A stretch of 52,691 nt of DNA, filler included, from Sphacelaria rigidula (lineage: Eukaryota), in assembly GCA_964200075.2 (NCBI GenBank). It is 3 parts of 3 records of this genome, joined end to end, with 100 filler letters (N's around TTAATTAATTAA, not from the genome) between each part and the next. Parts side by side here need not be neighbours in the genome. Positions count along the whole stretch, not along the records: positions 1 to 17,501 come from CAXNAA020001066.1; positions 17,602 to 35,101 come from CAXNAA020001067.1; 1 more part is not named here. One strand, 5' to 3'. Shown piece after piece: positions 12,546 through 23,449 of this stretch. The stretch's first letter is position 1. Each line of letters starts with the position of its first letter. Both the position numbers and the translations under genes were made by a program. Under the pieces are notes generated by a model that made no database searches, was not told the origin of the DNA, and saw nothing but the letters and a program-made list of their open reading frames with translations.

Positions 12546-14776
12546 ACTGGAGCAGAATTTGCAGGTGAATATTTCGGCGATTGCCTCACCTGCAGTTAGC
12601 CCAGATTTTGCGGATTTTTTCTCGATATCACCAAGTACCATTACACATATGTACAGGTGGAAAGGTACCAGACCCTGCATTATAAATGGAAATGTACCCA
12701 ACCGTGGACAAAACAATTCCACAGACAGCACGAAGACGATGTTGAAAGTGCACTGCGCAAAGTCAGCGTGTTGTGTGTGTTGTCGTTCCATCTGTTCTGG
12801 ACGCCGGTCTCCACCTTTCAGTATGTGGGCGCACCAGCCGCGGCTGTGTTACCATACAGCTTCGCCCAACATACAGACAGCCATTACAGCGGCGCAGGTG
12901 GCCCTTCACTCCTGTGTGCGCCACCTGGGGCAAACGCACGCTGTAGCTGCAACATGGGCAGCTTTACAAGATATGACGTGGCAATATATAGCGCGTAGCT
13001 AGGCGTGATACCCTGCGTACACGATGGCCGCGATACAAGTGGCTCAATTCATGATGTGGCGAACTGCATAGGATAACACGAAATCAATGCAGGACAGGGA
13101 TAGGCTGAGGATGTCATGTCCTGCGATGTGCGTTGTCACCCTGCACCCTGCCGCTGTGCAGTGAGCAGGTAGTACCGCCGAACGCGTCACGCTTCGGTTG
13201 GTTCGCAGTGTCGCCTTCATACCCATAGGGTAACTAGCCTCTGCATTGAACTAAATAAAACGCACTGAATCGAATTAAACGCGCGGAGCGCGTTATTTTC
13301 GAGCAGCGCGTGCGCGATTTTCGTCTTGCCGACATCGTGCCAGCGCGCTTGTGCACAACAACGTTGTGCTCCTCTGTGGCAGCCCGTCACGGTATTGCCC
13401 CTCATGTTTCACCACGCTTTATTCGAAAACACGCAGAAGGGATGCCAGCGAGTCCATCATATTGTTGCACGTGGAGGAGTGGTGAACCAGTTATATTTCG
13501 ATCCAGTACTGCCGATGCTGCGTGCTGTACAAAATAGTATATCGTACCAGTTCAAAAACGGATATGCATGATATAAACGCAACCGACATTCTCTGGTTAT
13601 CATAAACTGTAAACTGTATACGAGGCGCGGGAAGGGTAGTTTTTGTCGAGGAATGCAAGGACGCAACCATACTGCAGTACATGCAGTTATTATTATTTGC
13701 ATGAAACACGTGATTAGAACGAGACACAAGACAAAGCATTTACATCATGATGCTTGGGCGTTTTGGTGCTGAAACGAGTCAACCAATTCTTCCACTACCT
13801 ACCGTAAGGAGATAAATACCACGTCTGAATACAAGATGCGTTACGGGCAGACTCTCATTTTGGAGTTGAAGGGCCCAGCCGAGACCACGCCGGTTTCACC
13901 GCAGAAATCCGAGACCGCAACGTCACAAACCCCGAAATAAATTGAAATTGGAAGCGCCCTGGGCGCAGGGCAATCTATGTTGTAAACTCACCATACCAAA
14001 GTTGGTATCAATATAGCCGGTAACGGCAAACTTTACATAAACTGGATAAATTGGAGTCCTCATCACCAGTTCCAGTTTAATCGCCAGTACAAACTAGTCT
14101 AGTTCACAGCCCTACGAAATAACCTAGTAGACAACTGACATTAAAGCGGAGGGGCATCCGATGAATGATACATGTTGGACGCGTTGAACGTCCTCCGGAC
14201 TATTAGTGGCATCACGCAATTCCTCCAAGGCCAGACAGTTCCAGCCAGAAGAAAAAGAAAAAAGCTAAATGTGGGTACCAAGGTGGAGCCGTGACCTGGA
14301 ACATTGGTGGGGATATCGTAGTTCTCCGGGATATCATTCCGAGAACGTACCTCGTGAACGAATGTTGGGTCAGGCCATTGCCCCGTTCGCCTCCGAGGTA
14401 TCGTCATACTCTAAGGACAGGAACAACCCAAACGGGCTACCCATCCCTCACACTTTCACCCGAACCCATGATATCCACGTAACCAAGAATGGACACACAG
14501 CCATCCCTACGGTCGACCTCGGTGACCCACATGACCATCGCTACCGCCGAAATGTCCCGTCCTGAACATCACAGAATGTTTGAGCCAATCACGATCGCTC
14601 GTACTCACCGCGGCGTCCGAGTGGAAAGGGGTGAACAAGTTTGCAGTATGTCGTTTGCGATGATAGAAGCCCATCTTTCAACACGTACGACATCCCTCTG
14701 TAGAAAGTTTGACAGCACAGCTAACTGCTCCAATGCCTCTGTTGATCACCAATCTAATGCTACCCATGTGTTTCAG

Positions 14777-14974
14777 GTCGGCGACGTTGTCAGTGGCGAA
14801 CTGCCGCCAATTTGGGTCCCACTCGTCGTGGTGGCGGTACTCGGAGTTGGCGTCGGTCTGTTGCAGCGGAGCTTGGGTGACGTCATGGAAGATGAGGCCA
14901 AGCTAGGATCCATTTCTGGCGCGAGGGCCGCAAAGGAGAGCGCACGTGATCGCAACATGTTCAAGAAGAAGTAA
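14777..14974 (+). CDS. Terminal exon of a small uncharacterised single-transmembrane protein
   Basis: tttcag|VGDVVSGELPPIWVPLVVVAVLGVGVGLLQRSLGDVMEDEAKLGSISGARAAKESARDRNMFKKK*. Good acceptor, clean coding-like GC-ending codons, one hydrophobic helix and a basic C-terminus, unlike the decayed DNA around it. Confidence 0.75.
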   Translation, partial: VGDVVSGELPPIWVPLVVVAVLGVGVGLLQRSLGDVMEDEAKLGSISGARAAKESARDRNMFKKK

Positions 14975-15049
14975 ATGCATTGTCGTTGAAGGAGCGGTAG
15001 GGGACTCTTGGCCTTCGCGTGGCAGATGTTTCGCATGAAGGGACCACTA

Positions 15050-16900
15050 CTGTCATTTAGTCCCGTGTCTGACTGTGTACATACTAGAAAATATGGTGAA
15101 TTTCGTTCTGGAAATAACACTCAAAATAGTAGATATCTTCTTGACTGCAAGGAACTGCGATACGGATTCCAAGCACTTTCCGATTCACGTGGTGCTGCGC
15201 ATGCCTTGGAGCGGTCGTACCGGCCTGGACGTTCGCTTTCGCTGTATTGCTCAACAGGATAAATGTGCACTTATTTCCTTCTGCACGAGAATCTGGTACA
15301 CGAGTTTGGGAGAAGGACAGAAGATATCGCATTCTACCCAATGTTTCGGTCCCAGCGGGGCGGGTCCTCACTATACCAGATCTGAAGTGACCAAGGGCTA
15401 CGTTGCGTATGCAACCTGAACGTAGAGCACCATGGAACTCCTAGTAAGGCAGTGTCGAGATCCCTCAGCAAATGAAATCCATCTGGGAGCTTGTTCAGGT
15501 GCACAGGCAAACATGCAAGAAATCAGGGCCATGGCACCGGTGGCGACTAGAGAAATCAAAGACCCGCACGTTTTATCCGTACCTCGCCACAGGCATGACT
15601 CAACTCGGCAGAGCTGACCCGGTCATGCAGAAGCAATTTTCATGGGCTCCAACTGCAGACGGCACCCTAATGCCGATAGACAGTTTGCGTTCAGTAATTT
15701 GAGATTGAGAACGGAATGCGACGTCCAGGTGATGATTTCTTCGATCTCGATACTCTGCATCGACCACGAAGCCCAAAGTTGTGTCGATGTGAAAGTCTGG
15801 TCCACATCTGTTGACTATAAGAGCTCTCTCGGTACCGGTCGCCCCGGCGGCTCAGTTGGTAACCTCGTAACCTTCTGACGGTTGAGTAGGGGAGTTCGAT
15901 TCCCGNNNNNNNNNNCAGTAGAGAGCGACTATGTCGTGGGTACACAAAATTCAACGTAACGTTCGACGAGGGAAAGGGACTGCTGAACCCCTCGCGCGAT
16001 AAAAAAAATAAAGGCAAGCACCGCAGAAGGAAGGTGGGGTATGAAAAACATGATGAAAAAAGAAAAAGCTCCTGTGTAGACCTTCCTCCTGTGTGACCCC
16101 GGCTGATGCACCCACATAATACACCGAAAGGTGTAGACTGGTGCCCAGAACAAATTAGACAACACACAACACACACACACCCTCGGTGAAATGGACCTTT
16201 TCTCGTGGGAAATTTATGGGTGGAAACTCATCCCTCGGGAATGTTACACGTCCCTCACGTATGGTACGACTCAGTACAGTGCAGAAAATACGTTGCGGAT
16301 ATATTTCCCGCTCCCCGTGAGGCGCGGCTATGGTACCGGAATCAAGCTGACAAGCAAGCGGAAAAGGACTGGCCGCGTGGCGGGTAGAGGCGTGGTCAGT
16401 TGGTGTTCAACCGTTGTGGAAAGCCGCGTTGGACTGACCTCTTTTCGGGACAGCTGGTGAAGTCCGTGTAGTGGCATCAAAGCCAAGGTCCATGTAAAGG
16501 CATCGCGTTGAATCTATTGCTTAAAACCTCTACCATACCTTGTGTTCACGTGACACGCTCTTTGTTCCTGCTTCACGCTTTGTGGAGCACTGCTGCTGTT
16601 CGTATCTGCCGGAACAGCTGATGCCGCGAGCATGCTCGGATGTTCGACGCCGCAGCGCACCTGAATTTCTGAGAAGCTTCCGATGTTCAAAGTGCGTCCT
16701 ATCCGCCAAAAGTCAACACCATTGAAAATGACGACATTGACACTCATCACTGGTTCGTCAAACTTGCAGTACACGCGACGGGGGCAGATGCCATATTTTT
16801 TGCATACCAAGAACTCGAACGCAGACGCCCAAAAGTGCACGATGATTCTGTTATCCCTCAAACCCGGTAACAACATGAAACTGAGAAAATTAACGCCCAC
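15050..16900 (+). mobile_element. Decayed Plavaka-like DNA transposase, interrupted by a SINE
   Basis: Fragments RTFYPYLATG…MQKQF…DGTLMPI (~15560-15680), SLGNVTRPSR (~16230-16260), LRIYFP and LLFVSAGTADAASMLGC follow the order of Plavaka motifs (y.e..tg…Q…l.Piil; SlGNi; gy.P; aD.pe…C). Heavily frameshifted. Confidence 0.4.
15837..16180 (+). mobile_element. tRNA-derived SINE, copy 1 (contains a 10-N gap)
   Basis: A-box ggctcagttgg, B-box gttcgattc, a body shared with 17602-17768 and 44494-44812, and a (CA)n tail. Confidence 0.85.
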
Positions 16901-16989
16901 CGAAGACTGACGTGAAGTGTTGACCATGAAGTATCACACGCGAGCGTAGAACATCAGGGCATTCACATGTTACACACGTACTTCCTCCT

Positions 16990-17330
16990 CCATCGCATGA
17001 GTGAAATCGGTTATGTTCAGAAGGGCCCTTAACCGCGTCCTACGCGTTATGGGATGATGTGAACCATTTGGCGTATCGAGTCGGAGGTGAGGGGGCGTAT
17101 CAAAAATATGATCGATTCTACTTGTTGACCGTCCGGAGCTCCGCGGCTTTTGTTGGAGTAACAAATGACGGCCGCCTACTCCGATCTTTGTTGTATCGAG
17201 CTCCTCGGTGTCGTCGAAATCGAACTTGTCAGTTTTTCACTGTTTGGTGGGGTACTCGGAACCAACATCGTAGCGTTCGATCGGCGGACCTGGAATGCCC
17301 TTGGGCACCCTTGAGTTGCCTGGCGGAATG
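16990..17330 (-). mobile_element. Fragment of a LINE APE-endonuclease region (RTE-like)
   Basis: Minus-strand SRIDHIFDTPPHLRL…HHP (17102-17122 onward) resembles the C-terminal RIDY/HIL motif of APE domains. Confidence 0.45.
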
Positions 17331-17501
17331 GCCAGCGCTACAGTATCTCCATCACCATGGTGTAACACGACGGCCCAATATACTTCGGCGCCCCGTTCAC
17401 GACGTTGGGGGGGGGGGGGGGGGGGGGGCCCCGGGTTGTTCTACCGTGGTTGGGGGAGGCAGTGAGCAATCGAAAACCAAAAAGAAGCGAGCACCGCTAC
17501 C

Positions 17502-17601
17502 NNNNNNNNNNNNNNNNNNNNNNNNNNNNNNNNNNNNNNNNNNNNTTAATTAATTAANNNNNNNNNNNNNNNNNNNNNNNNNNNNNNNNNNNNNNNNNNN
17601 N
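17502..17601. other. Artificial scaffold linker N44-TTAATTAATTAA-N44
   Basis: Exactly 100 nt with a six-frame stop 12-mer at 17546-17557; identical to 35102-35201. Confidence 0.97.
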
Positions 17602-17768
17602 CCCACTCGCGATAAAATAAAAAGGCAAGCACCGCAGAAGGAAGGTGGGGCATTAAAAAAAACGAAAAAAGAAAAAATTCCTGTGTGATCCCGGCTGATG
17701 CACCCACATACACCGAAAGATGTAGACTGGTGCCCAGAATAAATGGGACGACAACACACACACAACAC
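17602..17768 (+). mobile_element. tRNA-derived SINE, copy 2 (3' half; the head is lost in the gap)
   Basis: ctcgcgataaaa…aaggcaagcaccgcagaaggaaggtgggg…cccggctgatgcacccacata…gtagactggtgcccagaa…(CA)n, matching ~15990-16180. Confidence 0.85.
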
Positions 17769-17879
17769 TTGCTCAAAAAAATAAATCAACCATCCCACCA
17801 TCCACCCATCCATCCTCACACAATCTTTGATTTAATTTATTATTTTTTATATGATTATTTTATTTTATTATTATATGTA

Positions 17880-18800
17880 AGTGTTGGTGTGTTCATCTTT
17901 CAACGCAAATTTCTCGGCAACGAAGTAAAGAATTGGATTGCGGTTTGATGCATGCGCTTCCCACACACCAGAACCATGTGGCAGCAGGTTTCCGTAACAC
18001 GTGCCGCAGAGGCCGCAGCACTTTGCAAACCGCTGTGGCAGATTGAGCAACTCCGCCGCCACACAAAATAGGTGTACTCGCAGCGTGTATGCGGGGGGCT
18101 GTTGAGTGCCGCAAGCCGAGTTGCTTCCTGTCTCGAGAACAGCGCCATGAGAAAATTACAGCTGTCGCATGCTAAAACTACGTAACTTGGGATGGAGCGT
18201 GTTCGTCAGAGGTTGGGCACAGGTCCGACCAGTCTGTGCCATCTTCAATACCTGCTCAAAATCCCTCCGCGTTTTTTTTTCTTCTTTGTTGACAACGGAC
18301 TTGTGGTCGGTAAGGCCTTCACTCACGGACATGGCTGTACCAAAAAGCGGTCCCCCCGATTTCTTCAAAATCGGGGTCTCGAAATAATAAAAAAGTGAAC
18401 GAAATTCCCTGTCATGAAAGATGATTCAATGAGATTAAACCGTTCTCACAGGATTCAAACGCATCACAGGAAGTACAGTGACAACGACCGCATGGAAATG
18501 ATGGTGTGTTGGATGCGTTGGGTCGTTTGTAAAACCAACAGTGCAATTTGTGCCCACGCCCATGATGCTAGCGCTTTCGGCAGTGTCTAGACTTGTGTAG
18601 TGACCGGGACACAACAGTTGTCTTTGCAGGGCACCACACCAACTGTCAGCCACAGGGCAGGAATGCTGGCTCTGCGCATCAACGACCTTGTTCGTTGCGA
18701 TAGACACAATATCCAACAAACGCATACTGCGGAGCATTTTCAACTTCGACAGGACAGCACTTGCCTGCCGACAGCAGGTGTTTGTAACACAAAAGCAGTA
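17880..18800 (-). mobile_element. Decayed hAT-family transposase fragment
   Basis: ADSWCGALQRQLLCPGHY (18597-18650) resembles the hAT D-x-W…T-x-H-Y first-Asp block. PPHTRCEYTYF…ELL (18045-18097) resembles the PxxTRWxSxY…RLL motif. Both are on the same strand and in the correct order. Confidence 0.6.
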
Positions 18801-18960
18801 CAGCAGCTCAGGTAATTCCAGCAGAGACCAAACGGTTTTGGCAAGGTCTACACACACGGTTGTGCAGTGACAGGTGCAGCACATGAGAGAGCCAGTCTGT
18901 GTGTGCTGTAGTACAGTGAAGCCTGACATGTTCTATTTTACCCTTTTCAACAAATTCCAA

Positions 18961-19622
18961 GACCGACTCTAATGGGAGCCGTTCAGAATTTCTGTTTGAA
19001 ACTGCCCTTTAGACCTTCTTCGTCGTTTGACGCCTGACAAGGCGGCTAAGCGGATGTTGACGCCGGGGAATGACTTCCTCTACCCTTGGAGACCGTTCCA
19101 TAGCAACTTTGCATTTCTCACTGGCCGCACTGTTATTTTGGGCGAAACACGGATTTTCAATAAAATATGGTCAAGCGATCAAAAAAAAAACAGGAGGAAA
19201 TTTTGATCATCTGACCGCTTTGTACTGAAAATCCGTGTTTGGCCTGCTATGGTCCAAAACAAAACTGCGGCCAGCGGGAAATTCAAAGTTTCCCTAGAAC
19301 GGTCTCAACAAGTAGCCCAAGTCATCCTAAGGCTTCCAACATCCGCGTCGCCCTCTTTTCGGGCGTAAGTCGACGGAGAAGGGCCCAAAAGACAGTTTTC
19401 GACAGGACTTTTGAACGGCTCCCATGGGTTCTCTAGCGTTCAGAATCTCGTCCATCAATTCTGGGAGCTTGGCCGGAATTCAACACTCTGTTGGATCCGT
19501 TCAGAATTTTGAGGGTCTACATCTTACCGATCTTGTTACTCAATACCTCGTAGTAGTTTTTGTGACTACCCGTTCAAAATTGTTTAAAAATAAAATCTGA
19601 ACGGCTCCCATGAGAGTCGGTC
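18961..19622. mobile_element. MITE with 26-bp TIRs and an internal foldback (PIF/Harbinger-like)
   Basis: TIRs gaccgactct(a/c)atgggagccgttcag with 1 mismatch. Flanks caa/taa fit a TAA TSD with one change. 18972-19427 is itself an imperfect palindrome and carries a third partial TIR copy at ~19410-19427. Confidence 0.85.
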
Positions 19623-19629
19623 TAAAATA

Positions 19630-22600
19630 CCGTACAAGTTTTGAAGACAAAGCGATCCATATTCTCGTTGTAGTTCGCCATGAGACACGGCCCAACTAAA
19701 AAGGAAAATGTAGACCAGAATTATCGTACTTGAAGGTGAAAGGGTGACAAAGATTCAACACTCCGTGTGTTTCCATATCCCTTACAGTTTGTGAAGGTTT
19801 TATTTACACTGCTCCAACCATTTGAACACACCCCATGTCTGCGATCCTTCAGGTTGCTTTTATCATCGTTCAAGTAAATATGATGCCAATTCAACGAATA
19901 ATGGGACCCGATCGAGGGGGTTGAAGTTACAGGTGACCATCTCTTGAGCCGACACGGATTTCATCAAAAAACATTACTGAACGCAGGTTTTCACCTCCCA
20001 GGGGCCACAAAAGATGCCGATGCAAGCAAAAGTGTCTCAAACGCGGCTCCCAGTATCCTGATTTGTTTTGTACTATGTTTTCAAGTGAAAGTGACAGTGA
20101 TCCATCAGATGATCAGACCCTTCGACCGCCATGTCAGGTCCTCCGATGAATCGCCATCACTTGTACTTGAAAAAATCGCACAAAACCCAGAGCCAGCGAA
20201 CAAACCAGGAAACCGGGAGTCGAGTTTGAGATACCTCGAGTAATACCATTGCATTGTGCTGTACTGTACGAGTGCTATACGAGTTTGGTATACCTAGGCA
20301 TCCATATCTTCCCTTGAAACACCTTGTGCTTTCGCTGGCAACGTCACGTTACAATGTCACCAGGAGCTGGCTGCTGCCATTTGTCACGACCTTTCCACAC
20401 GTCAAACCATCACGATCAAATTACTTGCTTTTTTTCGTTACGAATTGATTCGTCCCCTACGAATCGATCCTCGAGCCTTCCCTTCAGGGTTGCACCCCAG
20501 CATACTCAATACGCAGCACCCCACGCATGGCACGTGGAATGGCGCAAAATTTGTTTAGACACGGTTTGGATCCGCAGTCGATGTTGTTGCCCTCTTCACA
20601 GTACTCAGGACTCGTAGATTTGATGATGAGAACCAGCCATGACTCGTCCGACTCGTTCGTCAGTCGTGAGCTCGAAGCCATCGAATCAGTCGTCCTTGAT
20701 TCTTGCTTCTATTATAGCCGGTGGGAGTCAATTCTTCACCGCCGTTTCTCGAAGTTAGTTCTGAGAGGAAACAGAGGATTCTATAAATGAGGTTCATCAA
20801 TGAAATGAGGTTCGAGCTCAAAACAGTACTTTCTCCACGCTTTCAGCGATGGTGCTCAATGACTTTCTTGTCGGCCTTATGCCCCTCGATCGCGTAGATA
20901 CTTCTTTAGCGCATTTTATCGACTCTGTGGGCTTACAGCGCTGTCCGAAACCGCCAATTCTACTTATTTTGTAGGGGGGAGAGGGGTGATATCAGGGAAA
21001 ACGGCAGTTTCGGTCAGCGCTGTAAGCTCACAGAGTCGATAAAATGCGCTGTAAAGTATCTACGCAATCGAGGGGCATTAGGCCGACAAAAGAGTTATTG
21101 GGCACCATCGCTGAAAGTGTGGAGAAAGTACTGTTTTGAGCTCGAACCTCGTTTCATTATTGAACCTCATTATATAGAACCCTCTGTTAGTAGTCGTGAA
21201 GCATTACTGATGAGTCGTTGGACGTTTTCATCTCTACTCGGTTCCCTGAATACTGTTTGGCAACTGATCCCGCACTTGAAACAGGACGCTTCTTGTGCAC
21301 AAAGTGCACATGATTCCCGAATTGAAACCCAGTGTTTCCCACGACATACGCTCGGTACTGTCAAGGGCGAGCTAATATGGTGAAGTATTGATAGCGAGGA
21401 GATGACCTTCAGCTCCAGTACTGTAACAAGAATGCAAATGGCATCAGCATGTCCAACATCCACGTTTTGAAGGGCATCAAAAACGACGATAGATTGCCGC
21501 GAGCCCTCGTCTTGTTCACGTTCGGGATTGATTCGTCAAAGGCCAGTCAATAAGACACCGTTAAAGCACAACACAGGTAATGCGTCGGAGTGGACTGGAG
21601 TGGCAATGAGAGTTGGACTTTCGCTGACGACCTGCGATCGCGTTTCTGCGAGGTTGCGCCCATCATTTTCGAAACCGATGACACAGCTATACCATGTAAG
21701 ATAGGAGGTAACATTTGGCTTCCCTTCTGTCGTACACGAAATACCGAAAGTTTACCGCTATCAATATTCGTAGGTCTCCTCTTTACACGAGTACAACATG
21801 GATTTCACGCCTCTGTTTGAGCCTCAAGTATCTTGATTCAAGTACGAGTAGCATGCATGCAGGATTTTGAGGACAAGCGGGGTCGAAGCGTCGTCCCCGC
21901 CTTTTCAAAAAAGCACGCGACGGTTGTTGTGCTGCGCTGTACTGCCATCATCAGCTCATCCGGCCATACACGCAACACACAACTCCACCGCTGGACCGAC
22001 GCCCCATGCTGGAAAAGTATGACGGCACACATACCGTGGGTCAAACTTACTACATATGCTACTATTAGGATGACATGAACATAGTGTACCCCCCCCCCTC
22101 CCCCCCCACCCGTCGACGGTACCGGTACTTGGGAGTTCAACCGAAAAATGAATGCCTTTGCATTCCAGCGTCGACTCCGGCTGCCACCCCCCACGAGCTG
22201 AACCGGTTTTCCGGGGGTCTGGAACAATTCACCCACTAGATGAAAACTGTACTAGTACATGAAAATGGGGTCTTCGGAGCGGAAATGGCGGTGCCTCGCC
22301 CATGCCATGTGCCATATGTCATCGTCAGTCATGAATGCACGACTTTACACCTTGTACGGTAGATCAAAACACATGCCTGACACATGTGCAGACGAGCACG
22401 ATCGGAGACCGCACCAGCAGCCCCTTCGAGCCATGCACATTCACCAAAGTTTCGCTAGGCATGGCGATCGGGCACCATCCTGAAAGGAGCTTGTGGTAAC
22501 AGTCGACGTAAAACTCGAATGTTGCACAGTTCGGCGACGACACGCTGTCTTTTCGGCTGCAACTGAAAATCTCGATGAAAATATGGTCAGCACTCTCACT

Positions 22601-22740
22601 CTTACGCAAATTTCTCGCCCTCGGATGACGCCGTGTCTTCTAAAAAACAAAATCGACTCGAACGAGTTCGTGTGGCGGAATTGACTTTGTTTGCTTTGCT
22701 GTAAGCGGGTTCGACCGAGTTTACACACGTTGGATCGAAA
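19630..22740 (-). mobile_element. Decayed Cys-rich element, possibly KDZ/Zisupton-like
   Basis: Minus-strand fragments VLVCTC…SCIH (SWIM-like, ~22330-22400), CALCAQEASCFKCGISC (~21260-21310) and GLII/DG (~20095-20120). No intact ORF. Confidence 0.25.
20770..21188. mobile_element. Foldback MITE, ~420 bp with ~185-bp inverted arms
   Basis: aacagagg(a/g)ttctata…gagctcaaaacagtactttctccac…tttatcgactctgtg…cttacagcgctg is mirrored on the right arm. Confidence 0.92.
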
Positions 22741-22779
22741 AGGCTAAGCGAAACTCGTGAAGCGGTACTTGTTCACCTG

Positions 22780-23200
22780 CGGTTCAATACGGATAGCAGT
22801 ACAGACAGTACAGACTTTTCGGCACAGTGTGTTTCGTACAGCTTGCAGGCGCGGTGTGGAAAATAAGCGAGCAACGCGTGCAGATTATCACTGCCTCTGC
22901 TGTCCATGAGCTAGTCAGCAATTCGGTCGCTCGCCCTAACACGCAACTCCACATCAGTGGACCACAACACAACATTAGATGCCCAGGTTTTCGGCACCAA
23001 AAAGAAACACATGATGCGAAGACGGTCGTGGTGTCGGTTCCCCATGATTGCAGTGTATGTATCCCTATGCTCAGTTCGTGATCTTTGCTCAAGGGTTGAG
23101 TCGGTAGCTGAAAATGAACCATGTGGGTTTTGCATGGTTATGTGAAACGGCGGTATCTGCAACATAGGAGTCATGTGCCCCTTCGTTCGTTTCCGCTGCT
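22780..23200 (-). repeat. Dispersed diverged copy of the repeat module tandemly arrayed at 41907-45445
   Basis: Its reverse complement aligns with 43020-43320 (gaagggg…gactcctat…ccatgcaaa…tcagctacc…aaccttg…gcaaaga…cacga…tgagca…). Confidence 0.75.
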
Positions 23201-23449
23201 TGTTCACTACTGAAAAAGCTGACAAACTGAAAATGTAGCGGGGCAGAATCTGCTTCGTGAAGCTAGCGGCTATAGCCCGCACCCCAAGTCAGACCTCCCA
23301 CACACATATAAGGTAACGCGAGGTGAATTGAAACAAGTGTGACTATGAGCTATCCAAAATCCGATGGAGGACCAGAACATGGGACATTTTCTGTTTCACT
23401 GTACCGCAGCGGGAACACGCTCACGTCTTCTCCCATGTATCGGGGTTTT

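Larger units (their letters stand above)
12149..14114. mobile_element. Non-autonomous hAT-like TIR element
   Basis: Termini TAGGGTTGTAAACTGG and (reverse complement) TAGGGCTGTGAACTAG. 8-bp flanks tgaaatac / cgaaataa (6/8 match) fit an old 8-bp TSD. Confidence 0.65.

Noticed and set aside
12262..13002. 246-aa ORF
   Set aside because: Runs through a minisatellite inside a TIR element and shows no recognisable motif.
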